From: a virus
Reading direction: 5' to 3' (one strand)
DNA: 64,000 nucleotides
IMG/VR virus record: IMGVR_UViG_3300027749_000093
Location: 1 to 64,000 of that record
In this document: positions 48,540 through 58,522 of the stretch, one piece after another
Layout: each line of letters starts with the position of its first letter
Numbering within the stretch: position 1 is the stretch's first letter
Notes under the pieces: model-generated
What the model was told of the DNA's origin: nothing
What the model saw: the letters and a program-made list of their open reading frames with translations, nothing else
Database searches by the model: none
Program-made: the position numbers and the translations under genes

Positions 48540-49892
48540 ATGGCAACTTCACAAGGTATATTAAATAAACAGTATGTCTCCTCTTTGGATTCTTTCCTTG
48601 ATACAAGAGAGATTAATAAATTGGTAACAGATGTTCAGAATGAAGATAATCTTACTGACATCTTGGACTTAGCTAGTCGTAAAAAGCCAATCGCTACAGG
48701 ACAACCTTTCTACAACACTTATGTAAATGATAAGTTATTCTTTTTACTTGATACCACAGGTGGTACTGTAAACGGAAGCGGAACTGTATCTGTAAACTTT
48801 ACTTGTACTGCAGCTACTTCAGGCTTAGTTCGTAAAGATGATATCGTTCTTGCACCTACGAATGTAATTTCTTGTATCGTTACTAACGTAATTTCTGCAT
48901 CAGGTATTGATACAGTTTATGTTAAGAGTGTATCAGGTGCTAACATCACCCTTACTGCAGGACAAAAACTTTCTGTTTACTCAGTAGCAGTTGGTGAAAA
49001 CTCAGTAAGTCAGTCTAACCTACGTTTCGGTTTGACTCGTTATTTCAACAAATATCAAATCTTTAGAGAGATTTCAATCGTAACTGATGTTCAGACTGCA
49101 GCTACAATCGAAACTACTTTCAACGGTCAACCTTACTTCGCAGTTAAAGACCATTTGGAGAAGCAAATCAAATTGAAGGGTGACATCAACGCAGCATTCA
49201 TTGCAGGCGATATGTCTAGCACTTCATTTGCTGACACAACTCCATTCTTGACTGATGCTAACACTAGCAACGGTAATGGTGGTGGTGCAGTTCAAACTAC
49301 TCGTGGTATCCACAAATACATTGAACTATATGGTAATACTATTGTTGATGGTACTCCGGGTGCTTTTGGTAAATCAGACTTAGATAATGCAGTTTCTACT
49401 CTTATCGCTTCTCGTGCGCCTAAAGAACAATTAGTATTCGGTTCTAGTGTTAGCCGTTCTGCAATTGATACTTACTACAAAAATTTAGGTTCTGCAGGTG
49501 TTACATCTGTTCGTCTAGTAGTAGATGGCAAAGAACTTGACTTGAATGTAGACAAAGTTTCTTACGCAGGTTTCCAATTCAATTACATGACAATGCCTAT
49601 TCAAGACCATCCTGTATTGTTTAGTCAAACTGTAATTAATGCATCAGTTTACTACTTACCTTACAACTTGAAAGTTCCTGTTCAAGGTGGTGGATTTGAT
49701 GCTGCTGTTGCAGTTCGTTATATTCCTTCTCAAACCAAATATGGTAACGGAATGATTGACGAGATTCATACAGGTGCGTTAGCTTGGAATGGTATTCCAA
49801 ACGGAGACTTCATGAATGCAACTACATCTTGGACTACCAAACAAGGTTTGGAAGTTTTAGGTGCGCAGTTCATGCTTCGTCAACAAATCTAA
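48540..49892 (+). CDS. Major capsid protein
   Basis: 450 aa; N..QIFRE...T, T.G....I; high-expression codon bias (ttc, atc, cgt); followed by terminator. Confidence 0.85.
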   Translation: MATSQGILNKQYVSSLDSFLDTREINKLVTDVQNEDNLTDILDLASRKKPIATGQPFYNTYVNDKLFFLLDTTGGTVNGSGTVSVNFTCTAATSGLVRKDDIVLAPTNVISCIVTNVISASGIDTVYVKSVSGANITLTAGQKLSVYSVAVGENSVSQSNLRFGLTRYFNKYQIFREISIVTDVQTAATIETTFNGQPYFAVKDHLEKQIKLKGDINAAFIAGDMSSTSFADTTPFLTDANTSNGNGGGAVQTTRGIHKYIELYGNTIVDGTPGAFGKSDLDNAVSTLIASRAPKEQLVFGSSVSRSAIDTYYKNLGSAGVTSVRLVVDGKELDLNVDKVSYAGFQFNYMTMPIQDHPVLFSQTVINASVYYLPYNLKVPVQGGGFDAAVAVRYIPSQTKYGNGMIDEIHTGALAWNGIPNGDFMNATTSWTTKQGLEVLGAQFMLRQQI

Positions 49893-49900
49893 ATACAACT

Positions 49901-49934
49901 TTAGTGGGTAGCCAAGTGCTGCCCACTAATTTTT
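49901..49934 (+). terminator. Intrinsic terminator after MCP
   Basis: ttagtgggtagc-caagt-gctgcccactaa followed by T5. Confidence 0.85.
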
Positions 49935-49962
49935 AAAAACGAAAACAAAAAAACCAAATAAA

Positions 49963-50853
49963 ATGAAAGTAGTTAAAGGTAAATTCAATGACTTGTCAGA
50001 TGAATTGATGAAAAGAATTCCTGTCTTAAAAAGAGGAGAACAAGTTACTTACATCATGAACAACGGGCTAAAGAACCCTGACCCTGACCCTGACGAACAA
50101 AAGAAACGACCAATGCTTTACCCAAAGCAAAACTTACCCATGAGTGATTACATCAAAGACCTTGATGGAACATGGAAACATATTGTAGTAGCCGATAGTT
50201 GGGATGGAGACAAGCCTGCAAGAGAAAGATTCTTTATGCCGGGGCTAGACTTAGGTGGTTTATTTAATGGCAAATTTACTTTAGTAGGTGGAAATGCAAA
50301 GGATGAAGAATTATATGAATTTCTTTGTGTAACTAACTATAATGAGTCTTCTGTATTAGGAGAAAATAAGGATGAAACAAAACCATCTTTATTTAAACAA
50401 ATGAACTTAAAAGCAGAAGCTAAAGAAACAACTAATAAAATAGCAATTCTTAGAAAAGCACTTGACTTGGCAGTATCTATGGATGAGAAAGATGCACAAG
50501 AGTTTGCAGCATCATTGAATTGGAGTGTATATACTGAATGGGTTGAATTACAGGCTAAAGTAGTAGACTTTGCTAGAACAAACCCTGACGAATTCTTAAA
50601 GTATTATCAAGACCCACAAAAAATGATTAAGGCGCAAATTAAAACAGCCTTAGATAAGGGTATTATTACATACGATTTGAATAAAGGTGAAGTAAAAATG
50701 GGAGATAATTCATTAGTAGTCCTTAAAAAAGAAGACAGAAATAATTTCTTAAATACTTTTGCGCTTTGGTTTAATACAGCTAAGAATGGTAAATCAATCT
50801 TAGAACAAATCAATCAGCAGTTAGCCGAAAAGAAAGAAGCAGTATTGTTTTAA
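49963..50853 (+). CDS. Conserved protein downstream of MCP
   Basis: A...P..FL......K..I..A...GII pattern seen after MCP in Bacteroidota podoviruses. Confidence 0.65.
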   Translation: MKVVKGKFNDLSDELMKRIPVLKRGEQVTYIMNNGLKNPDPDPDEQKKRPMLYPKQNLPMSDYIKDLDGTWKHIVVADSWDGDKPARERFFMPGLDLGGLFNGKFTLVGGNAKDEELYEFLCVTNYNESSVLGENKDETKPSLFKQMNLKAEAKETTNKIAILRKALDLAVSMDEKDAQEFAASLNWSVYTEWVELQAKVVDFARTNPDEFLKYYQDPQKMIKAQIKTALDKGIITYDLNKGEVKMGDNSLVVLKKEDRNNFLNTFALWFNTAKNGKSILEQINQQLAEKKEAVLF

Positions 50854-50876
50854 TACACCTTTTTTCTTAAATAAAG

Positions 50877-50909
50877 AATAGCAACCCTAAAAAAGTTGCT
50901 ATTTTTTTT
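50877..50909 (+). terminator. Intrinsic terminator
   Basis: aatagcaac-N9-gttgctatt followed by T-tract. Confidence 0.75.
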
Positions 50910-50930
50910 ATATTAATGGTATTTTAATCA

Positions 50931-50938
50931 TAAATTTG
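50931..50938 (+). promoter_or_regulatory. Bacteroidota -7 promoter element
   Basis: TAAATTTG 13 nt before ATG; similar TATATTTG at 58508 and minus-strand TATCTTTG at 8131-8138. Confidence 0.5.
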
Positions 50939-50951
50939 GAAAACATTTAAA

Positions 50952-51467
50952 ATGGCACTTACAGTAAATTTTTCGGTAGCAAGTAATATTACGACACCTA
51001 CCGTTATAACTTTGGCTGATACCTCAACAGGAACAGATAACACTATTACCCAAAGAAGAGTATATCTTCAAAAGGCAGATGGTAGCTATTTAACCCCTAA
51101 AGGTTCAACTACTAATTATATCACTTGGATTTATGCAGATAGTACGATAGCTATCTCGGTGCTAGACCAAGACTATGCATTAAACATTACAGTACAATGG
51201 TTAGCCTCATCTACTATAGCTTATACAAAAGCAACACTAGCAGAGTTTAATAATTATGCAGTTACTTATAGAATTAAATTATTAAAAGCACAAGCATCAA
51301 ATCCAAGATTCATTAATAGCCAAAACTTTTTCCAAGTAGAGTCTAATGTAACAACTTATATAGATGGTGCTAATAGTGCAGTATCTATAGCAGGAGATAT
51401 AGACTTAGCACAATTGTGTAATGAAAAAAATAAGGTTATTATTGCCAATCCTAAATTAGTATACTAA
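50952..51467 (+). CDS. Putative virion protein
   Basis: T/S-rich beta-type N-terminus; structural region. Confidence 0.55.
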   Translation: MALTVNFSVASNITTPTVITLADTSTGTDNTITQRRVYLQKADGSYLTPKGSTTNYITWIYADSTIAISVLDQDYALNITVQWLASSTIAYTKATLAEFNNYAVTYRIKLLKAQASNPRFINSQNFFQVESNVTTYIDGANSAVSIAGDIDLAQLCNEKNKVIIANPKLVY

Positions 51468-52285
51468 TGTCAGTATCAAATAATATTCAAATAGCAAAGG
51501 TTACAATACCGCTAGTAATTAGGGATATTGACTTACAATTAGAAACTGATAGACAATTGCCTAGAAAAATCTATATGGCATATAAAGCCCTAAATGATTT
51601 ATATACACAAGACCCAAACAATGCAAGTGTAACTTTACTTAGTAATTACTTGTACGCAATGTGTGGAGGGTATTACTTTGAAGCACAAAATATAATTACA
51701 GTTGGCGGTGGTGGTACTTTAGTAAATCCATCAACAGGATTTGCTTCTTCTTTGGTTGCATTTAATATACAATTTACAGTAGGTGTAAGTGGAATGGTAG
51801 CAGGAGATAAGGTTTATACTGTAACATATCCTTATATTATGAATGGAAGTATTACGGTTGAAATGCCGCAATCTAACTTACCTATAGATGAACCAAACCA
51901 ACTTTCTTACGAAATTGTTTACACAAATACTTATGCTACAATTACATTCCTAAATGGTTCACCTAATATTGGAGTGCAAAATGGTATGTTATTCTTAATT
52001 AAAGGATTTAGATTTATTTCTGCACAAGCAAGTGGAAGTACATCATCTTCTCAGCCTAAGTTAACATGGTTAAATGTACCTACAGATTGTACTACATTTA
52101 ATACACCATTGTCAGGATATACTGTACAGATAGTATTTAGAGGTGGATTGGCAGGTGGTGAAATAATTTTAGGAGGAACTCCTACAGGTACACAAATATT
52201 ATTTGATTCTAATACAGGTAATTTAACTGTAGCAGCAAGCAATGGATTTGTAGCAGGAGAACAATTGGCGGTGCAATATATTTAA
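51467..52285 (+). CDS. Putative virion protein (fibre-attachment or decoration)
   Basis: Helical N-domain, GGGG linker, beta-rich C-domains. Confidence 0.55.
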   Translation: MSVSNNIQIAKVTIPLVIRDIDLQLETDRQLPRKIYMAYKALNDLYTQDPNNASVTLLSNYLYAMCGGYYFEAQNIITVGGGGTLVNPSTGFASSLVAFNIQFTVGVSGMVAGDKVYTVTYPYIMNGSITVEMPQSNLPIDEPNQLSYEIVYTNTYATITFLNGSPNIGVQNGMLFLIKGFRFISAQASGSTSSSQPKLTWLNVPTDCTTFNTPLSGYTVQIVFRGGLAGGEIILGGTPTGTQILFDSNTGNLTVAASNGFVAGEQLAVQYI

Positions 52286-52303
52286 TTTTAAAATTTTTTT
52301 AGT

Positions 52304-55300
52304 ATGCGTAAAATACTTTTTTTTATAGTTTTTATTTTTATGTACTTTTTTGGGCAATCTCAATACGCACCAACTTCGGCTAAAACTAGATTTGTAAATG
52401 GTATTGGATTATCTACAAAAGATACCGCTAGTTTATCAAATGCAGGTGATACATTAGCAATGATTGTAGGAAAAGATAGTTTGGTTTATTTTAAATATAA
52501 AGGTTATTGGAAACCTATTGCATATAATAGTTCTTTAAATTTTTATGTTAAATATAGTGACACCGCAACAATGTTAAGCAGTTATTATAATAAAACTGCT
52601 ACCAATTCATTACTAAGTAACAAATTAAATATAAGTGATACAGCTAGTATGTTATCGGGGTATAAAACATATTACCCAAGAAATGCAATTAGCGGAGGAA
52701 CAGGAATATCATATAATCCTAGTACGGGTGTTATTACTAATACCTCTAGCGGAACGGTTACAAGTGTGGCAACAAACAATGCAAGTGGAATTACAGGAGG
52801 AACAATTACAACTAGTGGAACTATTGCAGCAGATACTTCTATTCTTGCTACTAGATTAAGAGTTCAAAAAGGAATTGATTCAGTAAGTGCAAATGTCAAT
52901 TTAAGGGTTATATATACTGACACATCTAGTATGCTATCGCCTTATTATCGAACCGCAACCGCAACTTCAGCACTAGCTTTAAAACTTAATATTAGCGATA
53001 CAGCAGCAATGTTATCACCTTATGCAAGAAGTGCAGTTGGCGGTTATGTTCCGTACACAGGTGCAACAAGTAATGTAAATTTAGGTACTAAAAATATTTA
53101 CGCAAACGCAATATACACGGGATTTAGTGCTATTACGGCATCGGGTACACAAGTTGTGTTAACGGTCAATTCAGCACCCGAAATTTTAGTAAGCGGAAGC
53201 GGTGGGCAAACTATAAAACTACCCGATGCAACTACTTTACAAAACGGAACAACTTATAGTTTTAATAACAACCAAAGTAGTGGGGCAATAACAATAAATA
53301 ATAACTCTAACACATTAGTAGTTTCTATCCCATCGGGCGGATATGCCGAGGTTATTTTATTAGATAATTCAATTGCTGCGGGTAGTTGGGATAGACACTT
53401 CCAAGCACCCGCAAACGTAAGTTGGAGTACAAATACTTTTGACTATCCGGGTTCTATAACATCGGCTACTTGGAATGGTTCTACTATTGCAATTAATAGG
53501 GGCGGAACAGGCGCAACAACGGCAAGCGCAGCATTAACTAATTTGGGTGGGTTATCGATTAGCGACACGGCTACAATGCTATCACCATACATAAGAACGG
53601 CAAACTATGGGTTAACTAAAACAGGTCAAGGATTAGGGGTTGATACTGCTTTAATCGCTACAAGATTAAGAGTGCAAAAGGGGATTGATTCGTTGGCTAG
53701 TGTTGTAACGGGTGGTTACGTTCCATACACAGGAGCAACAGGAGCAGTTAATTTAGGGGCTTATGGGTTAACATCAAGCGATATATTAGTTAGTAAAAAT
53801 CAAAATGCAGAAACAAAGAGTACAATATCTAACACAACTGCAGGTACAGGTTCAGGAAGTAAATTAAGATTAATATCTGAGTCTACAACTGCAGGGGAAG
53901 GTTCACTTGCTAAATTTTCAGGAAGTTACACACCTTATAAAACTATTGGAGCAGGTGATTTAGTTTTATATAATACTACTGCAGGTAATATTACTATTTT
54001 AAATGATAAAATTAATAAAAATATAAACTTTGCAGCAGGTGGTGTATCTACTGCTCAAGCAACATTATTTAGCACAGGAAACTTTGCCATAGGTTCTACT
54101 ACGGATGATGGGAGCAATCAGTTACAGGTAACGGGGAGTAGTAAGTTTACGGGTAATGTTACAACAGATGGAACATTTGCAAGTAATTCTGCAACACTTT
54201 TAACAAATGGAACAACAGGTGGTGTTTCTATAACATCAACTAATAATAGAGTTAGAATAAATGGAGGAGTAGATGTTAGTGTAACTAATTTATCCGCAAT
54301 TTCAGGAAGTTTAAATATTAAAAACGCACCTGCAGGTGCTGTTAGTAGCACAGGTTCATTAATAGATGTATTAGCAACTATAAATGGTGGGGCATCAGCA
54401 GGTATTGCAAATGTATTAAATTTATCTTCTCCTCAATCAACACAAGCAAGTGGAGATATGAGGATAATTAATATATCTCCAACATTTACAAAAGATGCAG
54501 GTACAGGGGTGTCATTTAGAGGTATTTATTATAATCCAAATATTTCGGGTTTAACAAGTGGATTTACTCATAATGCTTATGAAAATACATCGGGAAATGT
54601 CTTATTAGGTACAACTAGTGGAAGCACAGGAATAGGAGCAACAAGTACAATTAACGCATCTGCTATTTTACAAGTAACAAGCACAACACAAGGGATATTA
54701 CCACCTAGAATGACCACTACACAAAGAGATGCAATATCATCACCTGCAACGGGTTTACAAGTATATAATACAACAACAAACACTAATGACTTTTACAATG
54801 GTACTGCTTGGGCTAGTGGTGCATCAGGTACTTACGTTACATCCGTTACAGGAACTTCACCAATAGTTTCTAGCGGTGGAACTACTCCTGCTATTTCTAT
54901 ACCTGTGGCTACTACTTCGGTAAGTGGATATTTAAGTAGTACGGATTGGACTACTTTTAATAATAAACAAGCGGCATTAACAAACCCCGTTACAGGTACA
55001 GGTACTACTAACTACCTACCTAAATTTACAGGTGCAAGTACAATAGGGAATAGTGCAATTACTGATGATGGTACTACTGTTACTTTAAATAGTAGAGCAT
55101 TGAGTGGAACAAGTGCAAGTTTTAGTGGAGGAATAAATTTTACAGGAACTCTTGGTTCTAGTTCACCATTAACTATAATACAATCATCGTATGCGGGTGG
55201 GGGAAATTCAGCTACAAAAATTGTAGTTTATAATCCGTTTAATGGACTTGATTCTAGGCTTGGAATGAGTGTAATGAATACATCAGGTAGTTTTGTAGAA

Positions 55301-57550
55301 TTAATAAGACTTGATGGTTCTACATCAATAACTAATATTTATGGTGCATTAAGTGGAACAAGTGCTACATTCTCTAGTAGTGTACAATCTACAAATATTG
55401 GAGTAGGTTATGCTCCGCAATCAAATATTGGAGCATTTATTTATAGAAACGCATCTGATTATGCATTAGCAGTTCAACAAGATGGTTCAGGTGTACCATT
55501 TCAAGTAACAAGCGGTGCAGTAATTAGATTGTATGTCGCTAATGGAGGAAATGTAGGTATAAATACAACAAGTCCTTCTTACTTACTAGATGTTAATGGT
55601 ACAGGAAGGTTTAGTGGGATATTAACTACAAGTGGCGGTAGAGTAACTATTCAAGGCACTAATCAAAATGCAGTATGGTTTAATCAAAATGGAGGGGGTA
55701 CAAGTACAGGTTATTTAGTAGGTAGAAGTTATTCATCAGACGATGCAAATGATTTCTTTATTTATAATGTAGCAACTTCAACAAGAAATTTAGCCATATC
55801 CTCAACAGGAGCAGCTACATTTAGTAGTAGTATTAATAATTTAGGATTAAATGCTGCCCCTACTTCAACAGGTACAGGAGTTTCTTATTTACAATTTAGA
55901 AATACAGGGAATGATTTTTATATAGGAAATGAAAGTAGTACGGCAGGAGGATTCTTTACAGGCTCTAGTGCTTATGCAAGTGTTTTATATAGTAGTACGG
56001 CACAAGAATTTATAATAGGAGGAGTAAGAAGATTACAAATAGCTACTACAGGAGCAGCTACATTCTCTAGTAGTGTAACGGCAGGTAGTATTACTGCAAA
56101 TGGTACAGGATATTCAATCTTTCAAGGTAGTGCATATCTGCAAACTCCTGCATCAACAGGATTATCTTTTGGTTGGAATAGAAGTGGTGGCAATGGTGAG
56201 GCAACAATAGTTTGGGGAGCAGCCGCAGCAGGATATAATTTTGAGATTGCAAGTGTATTAAGTGGAACAATTACTCCAAGACTTACTATATTAACAACAG
56301 GTGCTGCCACATTTTCAAGTTCAGTTACCGCAACATCATTTATAAAAACAAGTGGCACATCTGCTCAAATATTAGCTGCGGATGGTTCGGTTATTACCGC
56401 AGGAGCAAACATTACAATAAGTGGAGGTACAATATCATCAAGTGGAGTTTCAATAACATTATCTGCAATTGGTTCAACTCCTAATGCTAATGCTGCGACA
56501 TTAACAGGTTCAGCATTAAATTTAGAACCTGCATCTGCATCATTTGGTGGTGTGGTTACAACAGGAACACAAACATTTGCAGGTACTAAAACATTTAGTT
56601 CAACTACTGCACAAGTAGTAACAATAAGAGGAACAAGTGGAGGTGGCACAAATAATTCACAATTAAGATTTTATGGTTCTGCTTCAGCTGCTGATTTATG
56701 GGCAATAGGAAGTGAAGTTGCAACAGGTACAAGTGGAACTGCATTTGATTTTTATAGTATAGCAGGTGCAGCAAATAGATTAAGAATAGATGGAAGTGGT
56801 AATGTAGGAATCGGAACAATTACAATCGGTTCTACATTACAAGTCAATGGTAACGCTGCAATCGGTTATTCAGCAAGTACAGCAGGACCTACTAATGGTC
56901 TAGCCGTTGCAGGTGGTGTAACAATAGGAACTACAACAGACGCAGGATACAAACTAGATGTTAATGGTACAGGAAGGTTTAGTGGTGCATTGAGTGGAAC
57001 TACTGCTACATTCTCTAGTAGTGTTAATGCAGCACAATTAAGTTTAACAGGAACTTTACCATCGGGTAATGTTGCGTTTTATTTAAGTTCAACCATAGGA
57101 ACACCATCTCCAATCGGAATGTATTTAGCCCCTAATTATACAACTGCAGGAACAAGTACAATGACTGATTTTACAATTCAAGCAAGTAGTGATAATGGGA
57201 CAAGAACAACATCAATACATAATGCATTAGTAATTAATGATATTGTTAAAGGAACAGGACATACAATTACTGATAATTATGGATTAATAATCAATAACAT
57301 AGCAGCAGGAACAAATAATACTGCACTTGCAGTAGGCATGGGGTTAAGTCAATTTCTTGATAAAATTGAATTATCAAGTACTTTAAAATTAGGAGCATAT
57401 TCAGTATCAGGATTACCTACGGCAGGTACGGCAGGTAGAATTGCTTATGTTACCGATGCACTTGCGCCTACATATAATGCAACTGTAGTTGGTGGTGGTT
57501 CTGTGAAAACTTTAGTATTTGATAACGGAACTAATTGGACAGTACATTAA
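52304..57550 (+). CDS. Long tail-fibre-like protein with N-terminal Sec signal peptide
   Basis: T/S/G-rich; YVPYTGAT..VNLG, GTVTSV, GNVGI.T, TGAATFSSSV repeats; MRK + hydrophobic core + GQS|Q. Confidence 0.8.
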   Translation: MRKILFFIVFIFMYFFGQSQYAPTSAKTRFVNGIGLSTKDTASLSNAGDTLAMIVGKDSLVYFKYKGYWKPIAYNSSLNFYVKYSDTATMLSSYYNKTATNSLLSNKLNISDTASMLSGYKTYYPRNAISGGTGISYNPSTGVITNTSSGTVTSVATNNASGITGGTITTSGTIAADTSILATRLRVQKGIDSVSANVNLRVIYTDTSSMLSPYYRTATATSALALKLNISDTAAMLSPYARSAVGGYVPYTGATSNVNLGTKNIYANAIYTGFSAITASGTQVVLTVNSAPEILVSGSGGQTIKLPDATTLQNGTTYSFNNNQSSGAITINNNSNTLVVSIPSGGYAEVILLDNSIAAGSWDRHFQAPANVSWSTNTFDYPGSITSATWNGSTIAINRGGTGATTASAALTNLGGLSISDTATMLSPYIRTANYGLTKTGQGLGVDTALIATRLRVQKGIDSLASVVTGGYVPYTGATGAVNLGAYGLTSSDILVSKNQNAETKSTISNTTAGTGSGSKLRLISESTTAGEGSLAKFSGSYTPYKTIGAGDLVLYNTTAGNITILNDKINKNINFAAGGVSTAQATLFSTGNFAIGSTTDDGSNQLQVTGSSKFTGNVTTDGTFASNSATLLTNGTTGGVSITSTNNRVRINGGVDVSVTNLSAISGSLNIKNAPAGAVSSTGSLIDVLATINGGASAGIANVLNLSSPQSTQASGDMRIINISPTFTKDAGTGVSFRGIYYNPNISGLTSGFTHNAYENTSGNVLLGTTSGSTGIGATSTINASAILQVTSTTQGILPPRMTTTQRDAISSPATGLQVYNTTTNTNDFYNGTAWASGASGTYVTSVTGTSPIVSSGGTTPAISIPVATTSVSGYLSSTDWTTFNNKQAALTNPVTGTGTTNYLPKFTGASTIGNSAITDDGTTVTLNSRALSGTSASFSGGINFTGTLGSSSPLTIIQSSYAGGGNSATKIVVYNPFNGLDSRLGMSVMNTSGSFVELIRLDGSTSITNIYGALSGTSATFSSSVQSTNIGVGYAPQSNIGAFIYRNASDYALAVQQDGSGVPFQVTSGAVIRLYVANGGNVGINTTSPSYLLDVNGTGRFSGILTTSGGRVTIQGTNQNAVWFNQNGGGTSTGYLVGRSYSSDDANDFFIYNVATSTRNLAISSTGAATFSSSINNLGLNAAPTSTGTGVSYLQFRNTGNDFYIGNESSTAGGFFTGSSAYASVLYSSTAQEFIIGGVRRLQIATTGAATFSSSVTAGSITANGTGYSIFQGSAYLQTPASTGLSFGWNRSGGNGEATIVWGAAAAGYNFEIASVLSGTITPRLTILTTGAATFSSSVTATSFIKTSGTSAQILAADGSVITAGANITISGGTISSSGVSITLSAIGSTPNANAATLTGSALNLEPASASFGGVVTTGTQTFAGTKTFSSTTAQVVTIRGTSGGGTNNSQLRFYGSASAADLWAIGSEVATGTSGTAFDFYSIAGAANRLRIDGSGNVGIGTITIGSTLQVNGNAAIGYSASTAGPTNGLAVAGGVTIGTTTDAGYKLDVNGTGRFSGALSGTTATFSSSVNAAQLSLTGTLPSGNVAFYLSSTIGTPSPIGMYLAPNYTTAGTSTMTDFTIQASSDNGTRTTSIHNALVINDIVKGTGHTITDNYGLIINNIAAGTNNTALAVGMGLSQFLDKIELSSTLKLGAYSVSGLPTAGTAGRIAYVTDALAPTYNATVVGGGSVKTLVFDNGTNWTVH

Positions 57551-57561
57551 TAAATTAATTT

Positions 57562-57873
57562 ATGTTATACTTAATATTAGCAGCAATATTTAACGCAATG
57601 ATGGATACACTTACGCATCACTTTGATACTAGCGTATTTAAGGGCTTAAACCCTAAGTGGTGGAATCCTAATGTGTCGTGGCAATACAACAATAATTTTC
57701 TAGGAATTGTACGTTTAGATGCGTGGCATTTGGCTAAGTTTGGGATGATAGGTTCAATTTGTATGGCTATGATTTCTTACCATCAAATTTTGGGAAATTT
57801 TAGTATATTTGTATTGCCGATAATTTGGTCGGTAACATTTGAAACATTTTATAAACTATTAAGAAAACCATGA
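57562..57873 (+). CDS. Small membrane protein
   Basis: Three hydrophobic stretches; WWNP..SW, DAWHLAK. Confidence 0.7.
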   Translation: MLYLILAAIFNAMMDTLTHHFDTSVFKGLNPKWWNPNVSWQYNNNFLGIVRLDAWHLAKFGMIGSICMAMISYHQILGNFSIFVLPIIWSVTFETFYKLLRKP

Positions 57874-58115
57874 AAAAAACAATCGCAACCATCGCAATCG
57901 TAAGTCTTTTAGCATTTACCGCAGACAAGTTTATTACGATTAAGTTTACTGAACCACAAATTAACTACCATTGGCAAACATTAAACAACATTAAAGCATT
58001 GGTAGACAAATCAGAGATGCCGCATACGCAAGTTCAGTACATTGTAAAGGGTATCGATTCATTACAACACGACATTCAATTGTCGGCTAAAATTGATTCA
58101 ACATCTAAAAAATAA
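57870..58115 (+). CDS. Small protein with signal peptide (fibre-associated)
   Basis: MKKTIATIAIVSLLAF; helical remainder. Confidence 0.65.
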   Translation: MKKTIATIAIVSLLAFTADKFITIKFTEPQINYHWQTLNNIKALVDKSEMPHTQVQYIVKGIDSLQHDIQLSAKIDSTSKK

Positions 58116-58118
58116 AAT

Positions 58119-58502
58119 ATGAAACATTTATTTATTGCACTTTTACTTTTGCCTTTTGCAGCATTTGCACAAATTGGAAATATTACACAAGACACAACCG
58201 TAGTTAATGGTGATACTGTTTATTATACGCATGGTGCTGCTTTAATTAACCCATGTATTGTAAATGCCAAAGGCGATACTGCTTATAGTCTTACATGGAG
58301 TGCATTTGGCTTAAATCAAGCAGGAGGTAGTTGTAATACTTATGTTGTATTACATGACAAAAAGAATGCACAAGTAGCTGACTTTAATCAACTTATTCCT
58401 GCTGATGTAGTAGCAGTATGGGGAGTAGATTCTGCACCCGTAACTGATTACATTTTGTTTATGAATAAGCGGTTTATCAAGTACACGGCTAAATCAAAAT
58501 AA
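58119..58502 (+). CDS. Small protein with signal peptide (fibre-associated/chaperone-like)
   Basis: MKHLFIALLLLPFAAFA|Q. Confidence 0.7.
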   Translation: MKHLFIALLLLPFAAFAQIGNITQDTTVVNGDTVYYTHGAALINPCIVNAKGDTAYSLTWSAFGLNQAGGSCNTYVVLHDKKNAQVADFNQLIPADVVAVWGVDSAPVTDYILFMNKRFIKYTAKSK

Positions 58503-58522
58503 AACCTTATATTTGGTACATA

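Noticed and set aside
52304-57550. Type IX secretion cargo or a fibre with peptidase S74 chaperone
   Set aside because: No T9SS C-terminal domain or SD.RLK signature seen; the protein ends in a short fibre-like tip.
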